64,000 nt of DNA from an uncultured Actinomycetes bacterium (GTDB lineage Bacteria > Actinomycetota > Actinomycetes > S36-B12 > UBA10799). Of this stretch, positions 41,343 through 52,178 are shown one piece after another (within the stretch, counting starts at the first letter, position 1; every line of letters begins with the position of its first letter). The notes under the pieces are model-generated. The model was given only the letters and a program-made list of their open reading frames with translations. It had not been told where the DNA came from and searched no databases. The stretch is from assembly GCA_946803585.1 (NCBI GenBank), contig CAMPEQ010000008.1:284053-348052 (forward strand), written 5' to 3'. A program made the position numbers and the translations under genes.

Positions 41343-41433
41343 GATTGGCGTCCTTTCTTAATGCTCCGGACTTTGCTAAGTCTGATCCGTTGCGGTGGTT
41401 AGTGATATTGGTCTAGCTGGTCGTGCTGGTGTT

Positions 41434-42072
41434 CTAGCTCTCGTCGGCTGCTTCGGCTGATGCCTCTGCGGGTGCCTCATCGGTTGCTGGTGCTTCTGCC
41501 TCGGCGGTCGCTTCCTCGACAGCGGCCGGAGCCTCTGCTGCTGGGGTAGCGGGGCCTTCGGCCTCGACCTTGGCGCGCAAGGCGTCCACGGTGCGGGCTG
41601 CTTGGGATAGCGGCGCTGCGAACAGCGACACGGCCCCTTGTAGCGAAGCGTTCATTGCGCCAGCGAACTTGGCCAGCAGAACCTCGCGGGATTCCAGCTC
41701 AGCGAGCTTGGAAACATCGGCTGCAGAGATGGCATTGCCATCCATGTAGCCGCCCTTGATGATCAACGCGGGGTTTTCCTTCGCGAAGGTCTTGAGGCCC
41801 TTTGCTGCGACGACAATGTCGCCCTCGACGAACGCCAGTGCACTCGGACCAACGAGTAGATCGTCAATCCCCTCGATCCCAGCCTCTTTGGCTGCAATCT
41901 TGGTGAGAGTGTTCTTCACAACGGCATACGTTGAGCCTTCACCCAGGGAACGGCGAAGTTCCTTGAGCTGAGCAACGCTGAGTCCACGGTAATCAGTGAG
42001 CACCGTGGCCGATGATGACGTGAACCGATCGGCGAGCTCGGCGACTGTTGCCGCCTTATCTGGCCGCGCCAT
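41434..42072 (-). CDS. rplJ: 50S ribosomal protein L10
   Basis: [32 protein letters not shown]; AGGAG RBS before ATG 42072. Confidence 0.97.
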   Translation of the reverse strand: MARPDKAATVAELADRFTSSSATVLTDYRGLSVAQLKELRRSLGEGSTYAVVKNTLTKIAAKEAGIEGIDDLLVGPSALAFVEGDIVVAAKGLKTFAKENPALIIKGGYMDGNAISAADVSKLAELESREVLLAKFAGAMNASLQGAVSLFAAPLSQAARTVDALRAKVEAEGPATPAAEAPAAVEEATAEAEAPATDEAPAEASAEAADES

Positions 42073-42109
42073 GGTTCTCCTTCCACTTACTGTTTTCCGG
42101 TCTGATGAA

Positions 42110-42285
42110 GGCAAACAAAAACCCGAAACGCAGGAGCGCTTCGGGTTGAATGGCAACCTCCGATTTCTCGGGCGGTCGTCGACTACCACTTGCTCACCTG
42201 CGCTGGCGTCCTTGTGGACCTTCGCTCTGGGTAGTTTCGCGCTTCTAGACGCTGACTAATCCAGAGACCGGCGGTCTTTGGTTCG
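42110..42285 (-). ncRNA. L10 leader (r-protein autoregulatory RNA)
   Basis: AAAGACCGCCGGT...GAAGG...GCGCAGG...CCTGCG pattern and an AACCCGAA/TTCGGGTT hairpin with U-tract upstream of rplJ. Confidence 0.7.
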
Positions 42286-42411
42286 TGGGAAAGCGTACAC
42301 GCCCTGGTAGCCGCACCTAGTGGCGAGGCTAACCAGAGTCGAGCGCGCGATCTCACGATTGTTCGGTTTCGTGCTTGCTGAACTTGCTGGTCGTGCGTCT
42401 TTGGGGTCTAA

Positions 42412-43116
42412 CTAGGAACCTGCGCCTACGCGAGTCACCGATGGATCAACCGGGATACCGGGGCCCATCGTGGTCGAGACGATCACCTTGCGAAGGTAGG
42501 TTCCCTTGGCGCTTGATGGCTTCAACCGCAGGACCTCATCGAGGGCCGCAGCATAGTTCTCGATCAGCTTGTCGGCGTCGAATGAGGACTTGCCAATAAC
42601 GAAGTTGAGGTTCGAGTGCTTATCGACGCGGAACTCGATCTTTCCACCCTTGATGTCTTCGACAGCCTTAGCGACGTTCGGGGTAACCGTTCCGGTGCGG
42701 GGGTTCGGCATCAAACCACGGGGCCCGAGGACCTTACCGAGCTGACCAACCTTGCCCATCAGCTCGGGAGCCGCGACGACGGCGTCGAAGTCGATCCATC
42801 CACCCTTGACCTTGTCGATGAGCTCATCGGCGCCAACGTAGTCTGCGCCAGCCTCGGTCGCCGCATCTGCCTTGTCGCCGGTAGCAAAGACCAAAACGCG
42901 CTTGGTCTTTCCGGTGCCGTGGGGCAGGTTGACGGTTCCGCGAACCATCTGATCGGACTTGCGTGGGTCAACGCCCAAGCGCATCGAAACCTCGACGGTG
43001 GAGTCGAACTTCGCTGGATTCGTGTCCTTGACCAGCGTCAGTGCCTCGGTCGGGTTGTAGAGCTCGTCCTCGCGGATCTTGCCGAGTGCGTCCTTGTATG
43101 CCTTACTGCGTGCCAT
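42412..43116 (-). CDS. rplA: 50S ribosomal protein L1
   Basis: [39 protein letters not shown]. Confidence 0.98.
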   Translation of the reverse strand: MARSKAYKDALGKIREDELYNPTEALTLVKDTNPAKFDSTVEVSMRLGVDPRKSDQMVRGTVNLPHGTGKTKRVLVFATGDKADAATEAGADYVGADELIDKVKGGWIDFDAVVAAPELMGKVGQLGKVLGPRGLMPNPRTGTVTPNVAKAVEDIKGGKIEFRVDKHSNLNFVIGKSSFDADKLIENYAAALDEVLRLKPSSAKGTYLRKVIVSTTMGPGIPVDPSVTRVGAGS

Positions 43117-43160
43117 GTGCTTTCCCTTCAACTAGCCAACCACGCGACTTGCGGGTTGGT

Positions 43161-43190
43161 TGTGGTGTGGACCGGGACGGCCCTCCCACA
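43161..43190 (-). promoter_or_regulatory. Putative L1-binding stem-loop between rplK and rplA
   Basis: GTGG-GAG-GGCC...GGTC-CACA-CCAC asymmetric hairpin. Confidence 0.5.
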
Positions 43191-43213
43191 TCATGCGTAC
43201 TTTCGAGTTCGAA

Positions 43214-43642
43214 CTACTTAACTGTGATGCCCATCGAGCGCGCCGTGCCTTCGATGATCTTCATCGCAGCATCGATGTCGTTAGCGTTGAGATCAACCTG
43301 CTTGGTCTCCGCAATCTCCTTGACCTGCGCCTTCGAAATCGAAGCAACCGTCTTCAACGGGTTGCCTGAGCCCTTGGGAACTCCAGCAGCCTTGAGAATG
43401 AGCTTGGCAGCTGGAGGCGTCTTGGTGATGAATGAGAACGAGCGATCCTCGTAGACAGTGATCTCAACCGGAACGACCTGCCCACGTTGGCTCTCAGTCG
43501 CGGCGTTGTAGGCCTTGCAGAACTCCATGATGTTGACGCCGTGCTGACCTAGCGCGGGTCCAACTGGCGGGGCGGGGTTTGCCGCTCCGGCCTGGATCTG
43601 CAGCTTGATGAGGCCCGCGACCTTCTTCTTCTTTGGTGCCAT
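43214..43642 (-). CDS. rplK: 50S ribosomal protein L11
   Basis: [30 protein letters not shown]. Confidence 0.99.
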   Translation of the reverse strand: MAPKKKKVAGLIKLQIQAGAANPAPPVGPALGQHGVNIMEFCKAYNAATESQRGQVVPVEITVYEDRSFSFITKTPPAAKLILKAAGVPKGSGNPLKTVASISKAQVKEIAETKQVDLNANDIDAAMKIIEGTARSMGITVK

Positions 43643-43752
43643 GACGTGCGTGTCCTGTCCTTAGTTCACTTACAAGTCGCGACCGGTTGGCCCGACTCCT
43701 TCGATAAGTCTGTGTTCATTAAGTATGTGCGATGCGAAATATCGTCGTGCGA

Positions 43753-44796
43753 CTAGTTCTTCTGGATCTGGTTGAAGCCGAGTTCCACCGGAGTCTCGCG
43801 ACCGAAAATCTCGACAAGGCCGGTGATCTTCTGAGCATCAACGTTGATTTCCGAAATTGTCGCATGCAAGGTGGCAAATGGTCCATCGATGACTGTCACA
43901 GAATCGCCGATTGAGACGTCAATCTCAGCTGCCGGTGCCTTCGCCGTCTCGGTGCCCTGCTCGCCTGTCGAGGTATCGACCGCTGGTGCTTCCGGCTCGG
44001 GCGCGAGGATCTTAACTACCTCGTCCTCAGTCAGTGGCGACGGCTCGTAGGCATTTCCGACGAATCCGGTGACACCAGGCGTGTGACGAACTGCGCCCCA
44101 CGATTCGTCCGTTAGCTCCATGCAGACCAGCACGTAACCGGGGAAGCGATTGCGAGTGACGACTTTACGCTGTCCCTGCTTAATCTCAACAACTTCTTCG
44201 GTTGGGACCTCGACCTGGAAGATGTAGTCCTCCATACCGAGTGCCTTGGTGCGACCCTCGATGTTTGCGCGAACCTTGTTCTCGTATCCAGCGTAGGAGT
44301 GGATGACGTACCACTCACCGGGGGCGCTACGGACTACCTCCCGGAACTCAGCTACTGGATCAACTGGTGCGTCCTCGAGGATCTCTTCTGCTTCAGCGAC
44401 GACATCTTCTTCCGCTGCTTCCTCGGCCTCGACAGCCTCGATGATCTCAACCGCGGCCTCTTCGATGGCTTCCTCGGCCGCGACGCCCTCAGCGACTACC
44501 TCGTCGACGACCTCTGCGAGTTCCTCTTCGATGATTGCCTCGGCCACAACTGCGGAGGCCACCGCCGCCGCTGCTGTCTCGTCGTCTGGAGCATCTGCGA
44601 GTTCTTGGGCCAACTCCGCCTCAATGACGGCTTCGGCTGCCCCTGCCTCAGCGACCGCCTCGAGCACGGTTTCTTCCACAACCGCCTCGATGATCTCCTC
44701 GGCGATGACTACATCCTCGGCAACCTCCGCGATGATTTCTGCTGTCTCATCGGAGTCGCCGGACTCGTTCGGCTCATTGGTGTTCTGGTCGGACAC
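43753..44796 (-). CDS. nusG: Transcription factor NusG with long acidic N-terminal extension
   Basis: [32 protein letters not shown] motif [14 protein letters not shown]. Confidence 0.97.
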   Translation of the reverse strand: MSDQNTNEPNESGDSDETAEIIAEVAEDVVIAEEIIEAVVEETVLEAVAEAGAAEAVIEAELAQELADAPDDETAAAAVASAVVAEAIIEEELAEVVDEVVAEGVAAEEAIEEAAVEIIEAVEAEEAAEEDVVAEAEEILEDAPVDPVAEFREVVRSAPGEWYVIHSYAGYENKVRANIEGRTKALGMEDYIFQVEVPTEEVVEIKQGQRKVVTRNRFPGYVLVCMELTDESWGAVRHTPGVTGFVGNAYEPSPLTEDEVVKILAPEPEAPAVDTSTGEQGTETAKAPAAEIDVSIGDSVTVIDGPFATLHATISEINVDAQKITGLVEIFGRETPVELGFNQIQKN

Positions 44797-44857
44797 GTTA
44801 GTCCTCGCTCATCAGTTTGTAGGTGGTTATTTGCCGGGCGGTCGGTGTCATCAGCGG

Positions 44858-45247
44858 CTACGACCTTCCGAATACGAAAAGTACGCCGCGGGTGAAGATG
44901 AAGTCCAGGACGCCGATGTACGCACCGACGATGAGCACGAACACGAGAACGATCCACGTGTAAGTGATCAGCTCCTTGCGGGTCGGCCAGATGACCTTGC
45001 GGAGTTCGGCGACGACTTGCCGAATGAATAACGCCAGCCGCGCAAACATCCCCTTGTACTCGCCGGCCTCTTTCTGACGCTGCTTCTCGGCCTTTTTTGC
45101 TTCTTTATCTTCCTTGAGTCTGGCCTTCTCGAGTTCGCGCTCTTCCTTGCGCTCAGCTCGGGCCAAGGCGCGCGGCGAGACGACTTCTTCTTCGTCTACG
45201 TCGGGCTCATTGTCCGGTTGTTTACCGGACTCGTCGCCGTCGCTCAC
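44858..45247 (-). CDS. secE: Preprotein translocase subunit SecE
   Basis: QVVAELRKVIWPTRKEL plus one TM segment; GGAGG RBS before GTG 45247. Confidence 0.93.
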   Translation of the reverse strand: MSDGDESGKQPDNEPDVDEEEVVSPRALARAERKEERELEKARLKEDKEAKKAEKQRQKEAGEYKGMFARLALFIRQVVAELRKVIWPTRKELITYTWIVLVFVLIVGAYIGVLDFIFTRGVLFVFGRS

Positions 45248-45302
45248 GCATACCTCCACTCGTTCTCGCATCATCCGCACGACCGATTTGCTCGGCCGAG
45301 TC

Positions 45303-45378
45303 TGGCAGGGCAGGAGGGACTTGAACCCCCAACCGACGGTTTTGGAGACCGTTACTCTACCAATTGAGCTACTGCCCT
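45303..45378 (-). tRNA. tRNA-Trp (CCA)
   Basis: AGGGCAG acceptor stem, anticodon arm ACGGT-CTCCAAA-ACCGT, T-loop GTTCAAG, encoded 3' CCA. Confidence 0.97.
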
Positions 45379-45626
45379 TTGGGGACAAAATCTAGAACGA
45401 GCAGGCACGGCTTCGCCGGCGAAAACAGGCTTTCCTGCCCCGCCGGTAGATGTTGCTGTAAAGCCATACGAACATCGAGCTAGGTGAGATGCCACCAATA
45501 GAACGGTCAGTCTACGACAAAGGCCCCAGTGAGGTACGCCTGCGGGTGGGCCAGTAGCCAAACATTCTCGCCACTCGGTTTTGATTTGGGGGTTTATCCG
45601 GTCGAAAAGTACGGAATGATGGGTCC

Positions 45627-46832
45627 ATGAGCTTCCCGCGGATCTCCGCTCGCATCGGATCAATCAGTGAATCAGCGACCCTGGCAGTCGATGCCAAGGC
45701 CAAGGCCCTCAAGGCAGCCGGTCGCCCTGTCATCGGATTCGGTGCAGGCGAACCTGACTTCCCTACGCCGGACTACATCGTCGAGGCAGCTGCAGCGGCC
45801 TGCCACGAGCCCAAGTGGCATCGATATACCCCCGCCGGTGGTTTGCCGATCCTGAAGGAAGCGATCGCGACAAAGACCCTGCGCGATTCCAGCTATGAGG
45901 TCGCCCCAAACCAAGTACTAGTTACCAACGGCGGCAAGCAAGCGCTCTACAACGCCTTCGCAACTCTGCTGGATCCAGGCGACGAGGTTCTTCTACCTGC
46001 GCCGTACTGGACCACCTACCCAGAATCGATTCGCCTAGCCGGCGGAGTTCCGGTCATTGTTGAGACCGACGAGTCCACCGGCTATCTAGCAACCATCGAG
46101 CAACTCGAGGCAGCGCGCACCGACCGAACCAAGATGCTCGTCTTTGTCTCACCATCGAACCCAACTGGCGCGGTGTATCCACCTGAGCAGGTAAAGGCGA
46201 TCGGCGAATGGGCTGATTCGCACGGAATGTGGGTTGTCACCGACGAGATCTACGAGCACCTTGTCTATGGCGGCACCGAGTTCAGCTCGATGCCCGCACT
46301 CGTGCCATCACTTGCCGACCGTTGTGTCGTCGTCAACGGCGTAGCCAAGACCTACGCGATGACGGGCTGGCGAGTGGGTTGGATGCTTGGACCAGCCGAT
46401 GTAGTGAAAGCCGCAACGAACTTGCAGTCCCACGCGACCTCCAATGTGGCGAACGTGTCGCAAATTGCTGCCCTTGCCGCCGTCAGTGGAGACCTCACCG
46501 CAGTAGACGAGATGCGGCTGGCATTCGATCGACGCCGACTGCGGATCGTGGAGATGCTCAATGCGATCGAGGGAGTCCACTGTCCTGAACCGCACGGCGC
46601 TTTCTATGCCTATCCGAGTGTCAAGCAACTACTCGGAAAGCAACTACGTGGTCGCACCCTTGAGTCCTCCGTAGATCTAGCTGCGGCTCTACTCGATGAG
46701 GCTGAGGTTGCGGTCGTGCCGGGCGAGGCGTTCGGAACCAACGGTTACCTACGACTCTCCTACGCTCTGAGCGACGATGACCTTGAGACCGGCGTCGGGC
46801 GAATCGCGGCGCTCCTGTCCGAGGTTCAATAG
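45627..46832 (+). CDS. PLP-dependent class I aminotransferase (aspartate aminotransferase-like)
   Basis: [30 protein letters not shown]. Confidence 0.93.
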   Translation: MSFPRISARIGSISESATLAVDAKAKALKAAGRPVIGFGAGEPDFPTPDYIVEAAAAACHEPKWHRYTPAGGLPILKEAIATKTLRDSSYEVAPNQVLVTNGGKQALYNAFATLLDPGDEVLLPAPYWTTYPESIRLAGGVPVIVETDESTGYLATIEQLEAARTDRTKMLVFVSPSNPTGAVYPPEQVKAIGEWADSHGMWVVTDEIYEHLVYGGTEFSSMPALVPSLADRCVVVNGVAKTYAMTGWRVGWMLGPADVVKAATNLQSHATSNVANVSQIAALAAVSGDLTAVDEMRLAFDRRRLRIVEMLNAIEGVHCPEPHGAFYAYPSVKQLLGKQLRGRTLESSVDLAAALLDEAEVAVVPGEAFGTNGYLRLSYALSDDDLETGVGRIAALLSEVQ

Positions 46833-46971
46833 CCCGACAGTGAGCCCACCGGTTAGCCCACCGAGCTACTGCCTTGGTGGCTAACCCAACAGCAACAGGT
46901 TGGTGGGAAATCGTCGCGAGGCGACCAGAATCCACCAACCTGGCACCTATCTGGGACGTCGCGCGAAGGCG

Positions 46972-48024
46972 CTAGTCCAGAGCGCAGTTGATGAGGCGTG
47001 GCTCGGGCTCTAACTCCAGACCGAAGCGGTCCAGTACACCGTGACGAATGGACGATGCGAGCTCCACGATATCCACCGCCCGCGCGTTGCCACGATTCGT
47101 CAGCGCCAACGTGTGCTTGGTGGATGTGCTGGCGCGAGCGTCCGGCCGGACCTGATATCCCTTCGGAAATCCCGCGTTGTCGATCAGCCACGCCGCGCTC
47201 AGTTTGACTTTGCCATCGGCCGTTGGCCACCGCGGAGCATCGGTTGGGATGGCTGCCGCTGCGGATTCCGTAACGATTGGATTCGTGAAGAAGGAACCTA
47301 CGCTCCACGTGTCATAGTCGTCGATATCAACCACCATGCCCTTACTACGCCGGACCGCTAGCACGCCACGGCGGACATCCTCTAGCGCAGCACAGTCCCC
47401 TGGCCCAATCCGCAATTGCTTGGCTAGGTCGGCGTACTCGATGGGCACCGAGGTGGCGCGCCGCTCAAGGCGCAGAGTTACCCGGAGAATGAGCCAGCGG
47501 TCCAACGCGCGCTTGAAGATAGAGGTTCGGTAGCCGAACTCGCAGTCATCGGCGGAAAACTTGCGGCGCTTGTTCTCGAGTCGGTCGTATACCTCTACCG
47601 ACTCGATACTCTGGGCGACTTCGTTCCCGTACGCCCCGACATTTTGGATCGGTGTCGCACCGACCGAGCCAGGAATCCCGGACAAGGTCTCGACTCCGGA
47701 ATAAGAATCCACTGCCATTTGCGCGACGAGGCGATCCCAGCTTTCCCCTGCACCTGCAGTGACCAGGACCGCGTATCCAGTACCGTCCGTTGCCTTCTCG
47801 ACCGTGATACCGCTGGTCGACACCTTAACGACAGTTCCCGCGAACCCGTCGTCGCCGATAACAAGGTTGCTGCCGCCAGCGATCAGCAACACCGGCTCGC
47901 CGCGCTCATCGCATTCACCAACGACGGCAACCAACTCGTCGTCGCTGGTGACCTCAACGAATCGCGTTGCGGGTCCACCGATCCGCAGTGTTGTCCACGA
48001 GCCCAACCGCTGCTTCGCGCTCAA
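46972..48024 (-). CDS. murB: UDP-N-acetylmuramate dehydrogenase
   Basis: TTLRIGGPA, GGSNL, GIPGSVGATPIQNVGAYG, GSFFTNP, KHTLAL. Confidence 0.95.
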   Translation of the reverse strand: MSAKQRLGSWTTLRIGGPATRFVEVTSDDELVAVVGECDERGEPVLLIAGGSNLVIGDDGFAGTVVKVSTSGITVEKATDGTGYAVLVTAGAGESWDRLVAQMAVDSYSGVETLSGIPGSVGATPIQNVGAYGNEVAQSIESVEVYDRLENKRRKFSADDCEFGYRTSIFKRALDRWLILRVTLRLERRATSVPIEYADLAKQLRIGPGDCAALEDVRRGVLAVRRSKGMVVDIDDYDTWSVGSFFTNPIVTESAAAAIPTDAPRWPTADGKVKLSAAWLIDNAGFPKGYQVRPDARASTSTKHTLALTNRGNARAVDIVELASSIRHGVLDRFGLELEPEPRLINCALD

Positions 48025-48036
48025 AGCTGTGAGGCC

Positions 48037-48480
48037 CTAAGCCAAATCGACAACACCACGTGCCTTACCCAAAACGTGCAGTTCGTTGCTGACAGCAGTC
48101 AGTTCAATAACCACCGACTTGTCATCGCGCTTCTCGGTGATGACGCCGGTCACGGTGACAACGGTTCCTGTGTCGTCGTCGGGGACGACAACGGGCTTGC
48201 TAAACCGGACCCCGTATTCCTTCACTCGCGACGGGTCGCCAGCGAAGTCAGTCAGAGTCCGTCCGGCCTCAGCCATCGTGAACATCCCGTGGGCGATCAC
48301 GTTGGGAAGCCCGACCGCCTTGGCGGTGCGCTCGTGCCAGTGAATGAAGTTGAAGTCGCCGGAGGCCCCGCAGTACATCACCAGATTGATTCGCTGGACG
48401 GGGTAGTCGGTAGGACCGATCTTGTCGCCCACCGAAACCGAATCAAAGCCCGGAACCTTCACGATCGTCTCGTTCGACAT
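48037..48480 (-). CDS. MaoC-family dehydratase (HadB-like)
   Basis: YCGASGDFNFIHW, IAHGMFTM hydratase-2 motif. Confidence 0.88.
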   Translation of the reverse strand: MSNETIVKVPGFDSVSVGDKIGPTDYPVQRINLVMYCGASGDFNFIHWHERTAKAVGLPNVIAHGMFTMAEAGRTLTDFAGDPSRVKEYGVRFSKPVVVPDDDTGTVVTVTGVITEKRDDKSVVIELTAVSNELHVLGKARGVVDLA

Positions 48481-48482
48481 GA

Positions 48483-48944
48483 CTAACCCTCCTCGCTTGG
48501 GGCCGAACCTCGGGACACGGTGATGTTTGTCGTCGTCACGATTAGCTCGCCATCGGTTGTCTTCACCTGCTGCTCCATCTTGATTAGCTCGTTACTGCGA
48601 GCCGTCGAGATATCGGCGATCGTCGAGCTCACCACGACCTCGTCATTGGCATACAGCGGACGCGAATAAGTGAAGCTCTGCTCGCCGTGAACAACCATTG
48701 CGTAGTTGAGGTTCAGCTCTGGATCACTGATCGCGCCGACCATCGCCCGGTAGGTGATGATGAACGGGAAGGTGGGTGGAGCAACTAGGTCACGATGCCC
48801 CATCTCCTTCGCCTCAGAAAGATCGTGGTACATCGGATTGCTGTCACCGATTGCGGTCGCAAACTCGCGGACCTTCTCGCGACCAACGTGGTACGGGGTC
48901 GAATACTCGTAGGTGCGTCCAATGAAATCGCGGTTTACCGCCAT
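48483..48944 (-). CDS. MaoC-family dehydratase partner (HadA-like)
   Basis: VGREKVREFA, APPTF, VVHGEQSF. Confidence 0.88.
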   Translation of the reverse strand: MAVNRDFIGRTYEYSTPYHVGREKVREFATAIGDSNPMYHDLSEAKEMGHRDLVAPPTFPFIITYRAMVGAISDPELNLNYAMVVHGEQSFTYSRPLYANDEVVVSSTIADISTARSNELIKMEQQVKTTDGELIVTTTNITVSRGSAPSEEG

Positions 48945-48947
48945 GCG

Positions 48948-49757
48948 TTACATACCTCCAAGCTGACCACCGGTCACGGGAATCGTGACGCCGGAGACGA
49001 AGTCCGAATCCGATGAAGCCAAGAATGCCGTAACGCCCGCGATGTCTTCAGGTCGACCGAGGCGTCCGAGTGAAATCATCATCTTCGCCATCTGGCGCAT
49101 CTCCTCGGGAATCCCTAGCTCATTGCCCGGTGCCTTGGCCGCGGTCAATCGCGTCTCGACGAACCCTGGCGCAACCGCGTTAACGTTGATACCAAAGGCA
49201 CCGAGTTCACGCGCGAGGGTCTTGGTAGTGGCGATAACTGCGCCCTTTGCGGCGGTGTAGTTGTACTGGCCTGGGTTGCCCATGAGGGCCGCAACGCTGG
49301 AAGTGAAGATGATTTTCCGGTTGTAGGCAACAGCGCCGTTTGCGGCAATCTCTTGTTTAGCGACCTCACGCATGTACGGCATCGCAGCGAGGGTGGTGTG
49401 GAACCCCGTCTTGAGGTTGGCATCAAAGACAAAGTCAAACTGGTCGTCATCTAGGCCGTGGAACATCTTGTCGCGCGTGACCCCGGCGTTATTGACCACA
49501 ATGTCAATCTTTCCAAAGGCATCGATCGTGCTCTGGACCAGCGCCTTGGCCTCGTCCATGTTCACGGTGTTCGCAACGACGCCGATTGCCTTGCCACCGG
49601 CTTGCTCGATGAGTGCGACCGTCTCGCTTGCAGGTGCGTCGTCAATGTCATTGACGACAACAGCGGCGCCATCAGCTGCTAGTCGCAGCGACGTCGCTTG
49701 ACCGATTCCGCGACCTCCGCCAGTGACGATTGCTACCCGATCATCCAGTCGACCCAT
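48948..49757 (-). CDS. SDR-family oxidoreductase (3-oxoacyl reductase-like)
   Basis: TGGGRGIG, NNAG, YTAAK, APGFVET. Confidence 0.9.
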   Translation of the reverse strand: MGRLDDRVAIVTGGGRGIGQATSLRLAADGAAVVVNDIDDAPASETVALIEQAGGKAIGVVANTVNMDEAKALVQSTIDAFGKIDIVVNNAGVTRDKMFHGLDDDQFDFVFDANLKTGFHTTLAAMPYMREVAKQEIAANGAVAYNRKIIFTSSVAALMGNPGQYNYTAAKGAVIATTKTLARELGAFGINVNAVAPGFVETRLTAAKAPGNELGIPEEMRQMAKMMISLGRLGRPEDIAGVTAFLASSDSDFVSGVTIPVTGGQLGGM

Positions 49758-50065
49758 GAGATGTGTGCCTTTCACGTGACGGGCTACTACCGCCCATTGC
49801 GGCGCCCTACTCTGAATCGCACGCTACCCAATCGCTGTTACCTGCGGAACGAGCACCCCGAGTCCACCCATGGCAAGTACTGGCAATGGTGTCTGGCACA
49901 GGTCATTGCAGCCCCAAAGCGAACTAGTCTGTCAAGACCGAACAGCTAGATCGAACAACCAGAAACACTCAGTGAGGTGAGAACGCCATCAACGCCAACC
50001 AGCCGCGGCATACGGAGACCATCCGACTAGTCGAGCAAGGCCAGTCGCAGCTTCGCGATGCCTCG

Positions 50066-51163
50066 ATGGCGCAGCTCCAAGAACTCGATTGGTTTGAGGC
50101 GCTCTCGGCTGACGCCCAGGGTTGGGTTGCGGAAGTCGTAGATGCCGGAATCGCTCGATTCCTTAGCTGGCTGAATAATCCCGACGAGCCGCTTGCCGCC
50201 AACACCGGGTTGGGCGCCGTGCCCGCTGCCGCCGCACATGCGGTCTCCCTCGGTCAAACACTGGAACTACTGCGCACCGCATTCGTGGCGATCGAACCCG
50301 TTGTGCTGACGATGGCTGCCAGCGGTGACGAGGAGTGGCTACTCCAGCAAGTTGCCCGATATGGCCGCGAAATCGCCTTCGCTGCAGCGCGGGTTTACGC
50401 CCGTGTTGCAGAACAGCAGGGCGCCCGGAGCGCGCGCGAAAGCTCCGACCTCGTCGAGGCCCTCATCGCCGGACGATCAGCCGCCGCGATCGAGCTACTT
50501 GCAAGTCGGATCGGATTGGCAGCGTCGCAACCGATCCGGGCTGCGGCTTGCGCACCGAATAAGGACCCGCAGGTCGCGCTTGCAGAGATCGAAACAGCCG
50601 GTCGAAAACTTGATCGGCACATCGTCGCGGCCCTACATGAGGGCTTGATCGTCGCTTTGTGGAGCTCGACGAAGCGGGAACGCCCCCTCACCATCGCTCG
50701 CCAGCTGTTCGGTCCGCAGACCTCAGCGGTCGTTGCCGGACCCGCTGAGGCGATTACCCAGGCCGGGCCCGTACTACGGCGAGCCATCGCCGGACTCGCC
50801 GCCCGACCTGCCCGACCAGATGACCGGGAGGTTCTTGAGGCCAGCGCTCTGCTCTCCGAGCGTTGTTTGCTTGGCGAGACGGCCGCTCAGGGCGAGCTCA
50901 TTGAGCGCTGCTACCTCACTTTGCGAGATGCCGGAACTGGCCTACTCGAGACAGTCGATGCAATGTTCAATAACCAGGGTGTCCTCGAGCAGGCCGCTCG
51001 GGCACTGCCGGTTCACGTGAACACCCTCCGCTACCGACTAGACAAGATCGCATCTCTCACTGGATTCGACCTTCGGGACAGTCGTGGATCATTTGCGATT
51101 TTCACTGGTGTCAGCCTGGGTCGAATGCAGGCCGGCGACCACCAGAACAAGGGCACTTTGTAG
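50066..51163 (+). CDS. PucR-family regulator of fatty acid synthesis (FasR/MabR-like)
   Basis: YGREIAFAAARVYARVAEQQG, C-terminal HTH LPVHVNTLRYRL; directly upstream of fabD; true start probably further upstream (see findings). Confidence 0.88.
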   Translation: MAQLQELDWFEALSADAQGWVAEVVDAGIARFLSWLNNPDEPLAANTGLGAVPAAAAHAVSLGQTLELLRTAFVAIEPVVLTMAASGDEEWLLQQVARYGREIAFAAARVYARVAEQQGARSARESSDLVEALIAGRSAAAIELLASRIGLAASQPIRAAACAPNKDPQVALAEIETAGRKLDRHIVAALHEGLIVALWSSTKRERPLTIARQLFGPQTSAVVAGPAEAITQAGPVLRRAIAGLAARPARPDDREVLEASALLSERCLLGETAAQGELIERCYLTLRDAGTGLLETVDAMFNNQGVLEQAARALPVHVNTLRYRLDKIASLTGFDLRDSRGSFAIFTGVSLGRMQAGDHQNKGTL

Positions 51164-51242
51164 GAAACCTCTAAAATCACTCGTAGATCTTCGGAGAAGT
51201 TGCTCAAAGACAAATCTCTGATTCCCGGCGCATCATTATTTG

Positions 51243-52178
51243 GTGCTGATATTCACCTCACCCGGCCAAGGCTCCCAAAAGCCAGGAATCCTTGAACCCT
51301 GGATTTCCGATCCAGTCGCATTCGATCAACTCAAGAGCCTCGACCGGATCGTTGATTTCGACCTAATTGAAGCCGGAACCAGTTGGGATTCCGAACGGCT
51401 TCGGGATACCCGAATCGCGCAACCGTTGATCTTCGCAGCATCGATCGTCTGTGCACAATCGGCCCTGCAAGCTGGCGCCAAACCCACTGCGGTCGCAGGC
51501 CATAGCATCGGTGAGTGGGCTGCTAGCGTCATCGCCGGAGTGTTATCCGTGACCGACGCGATGACGCTAGTCACCGCCCGCGCAGATGCCATGGCATTGG
51601 CTTGCAACAACGCTGCGACTGGGCTGGTTGCAGTCCTGGGCGGAGACCGCACCGAAGTACTCGAGACCGTCAACGCACACGGCCTCGAACTCGCAAACGA
51701 CAACGGCCCGGGCCAACTCGTGGTGGGGGGATCAGCGGACCGCCTCGCCGAGTTCAGCGCGAATCCACCGGGGCGAGCCCGAATCCGCGCACTGGCGGTC
51801 GCTGGTGGCTTTCATACAGAGGCGATGCGTCCCGCCGTAGCGGCCGTTCGCAGTGCCGCGGCCCGCATCACCCCCACTGCGGCGACGATCCCGCTCATCT
51901 CCAACCGAGATGGGGAGCAGGTCACCGACCGCGACGAGATCCTCAACCGGATGATCGATCAGATCGCCCTACCTGTGCGCTGGGACCTGGTGATGGACAC
52001 GATCGCCGGCAACGGCGCGGCCGCGACTATCGAGACCTGCCCGGCCGGAACATTGAGCGCGATTCTTCGCCGAAGGATTCCCACACTGGCCACCCATCCC
52101 CTCAACTCCCCTGCCGATATCGAGGCACTTACTCAATCCAATCTACTCAACTTTGACCTTGCGGAGGTCCATCAATGA
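51243..52178 (+). CDS. fabD: Malonyl-CoA:ACP transacylase
   Basis: PGQGSQ, GHSIGE, GGFHT, PVRW; start GTG 51243 or TTG 51240. Confidence 0.93.
   Translation: MLIFTSPGQGSQKPGILEPWISDPVAFDQLKSLDRIVDFDLIEAGTSWDSERLRDTRIAQPLIFAASIVCAQSALQAGAKPTAVAGHSIGEWAASVIAGVLSVTDAMTLVTARADAMALACNNAATGLVAVLGGDRTEVLETVNAHGLELANDNGPGQLVVGGSADRLAEFSANPPGRARIRALAVAGGFHTEAMRPAVAAVRSAAARITPTAATIPLISNRDGEQVTDRDEILNRMIDQIALPVRWDLVMDTIAGNGAAATIETCPAGTLSAILRRRIPTLATHPLNSPADIEALTQSNLLNFDLAEVHQ

Noticed and set aside
45248-45388. Extended SecE N-terminus in the ORF track
   Set aside because: Runs through tRNA-Trp; a clear RBS supports GTG 45247.
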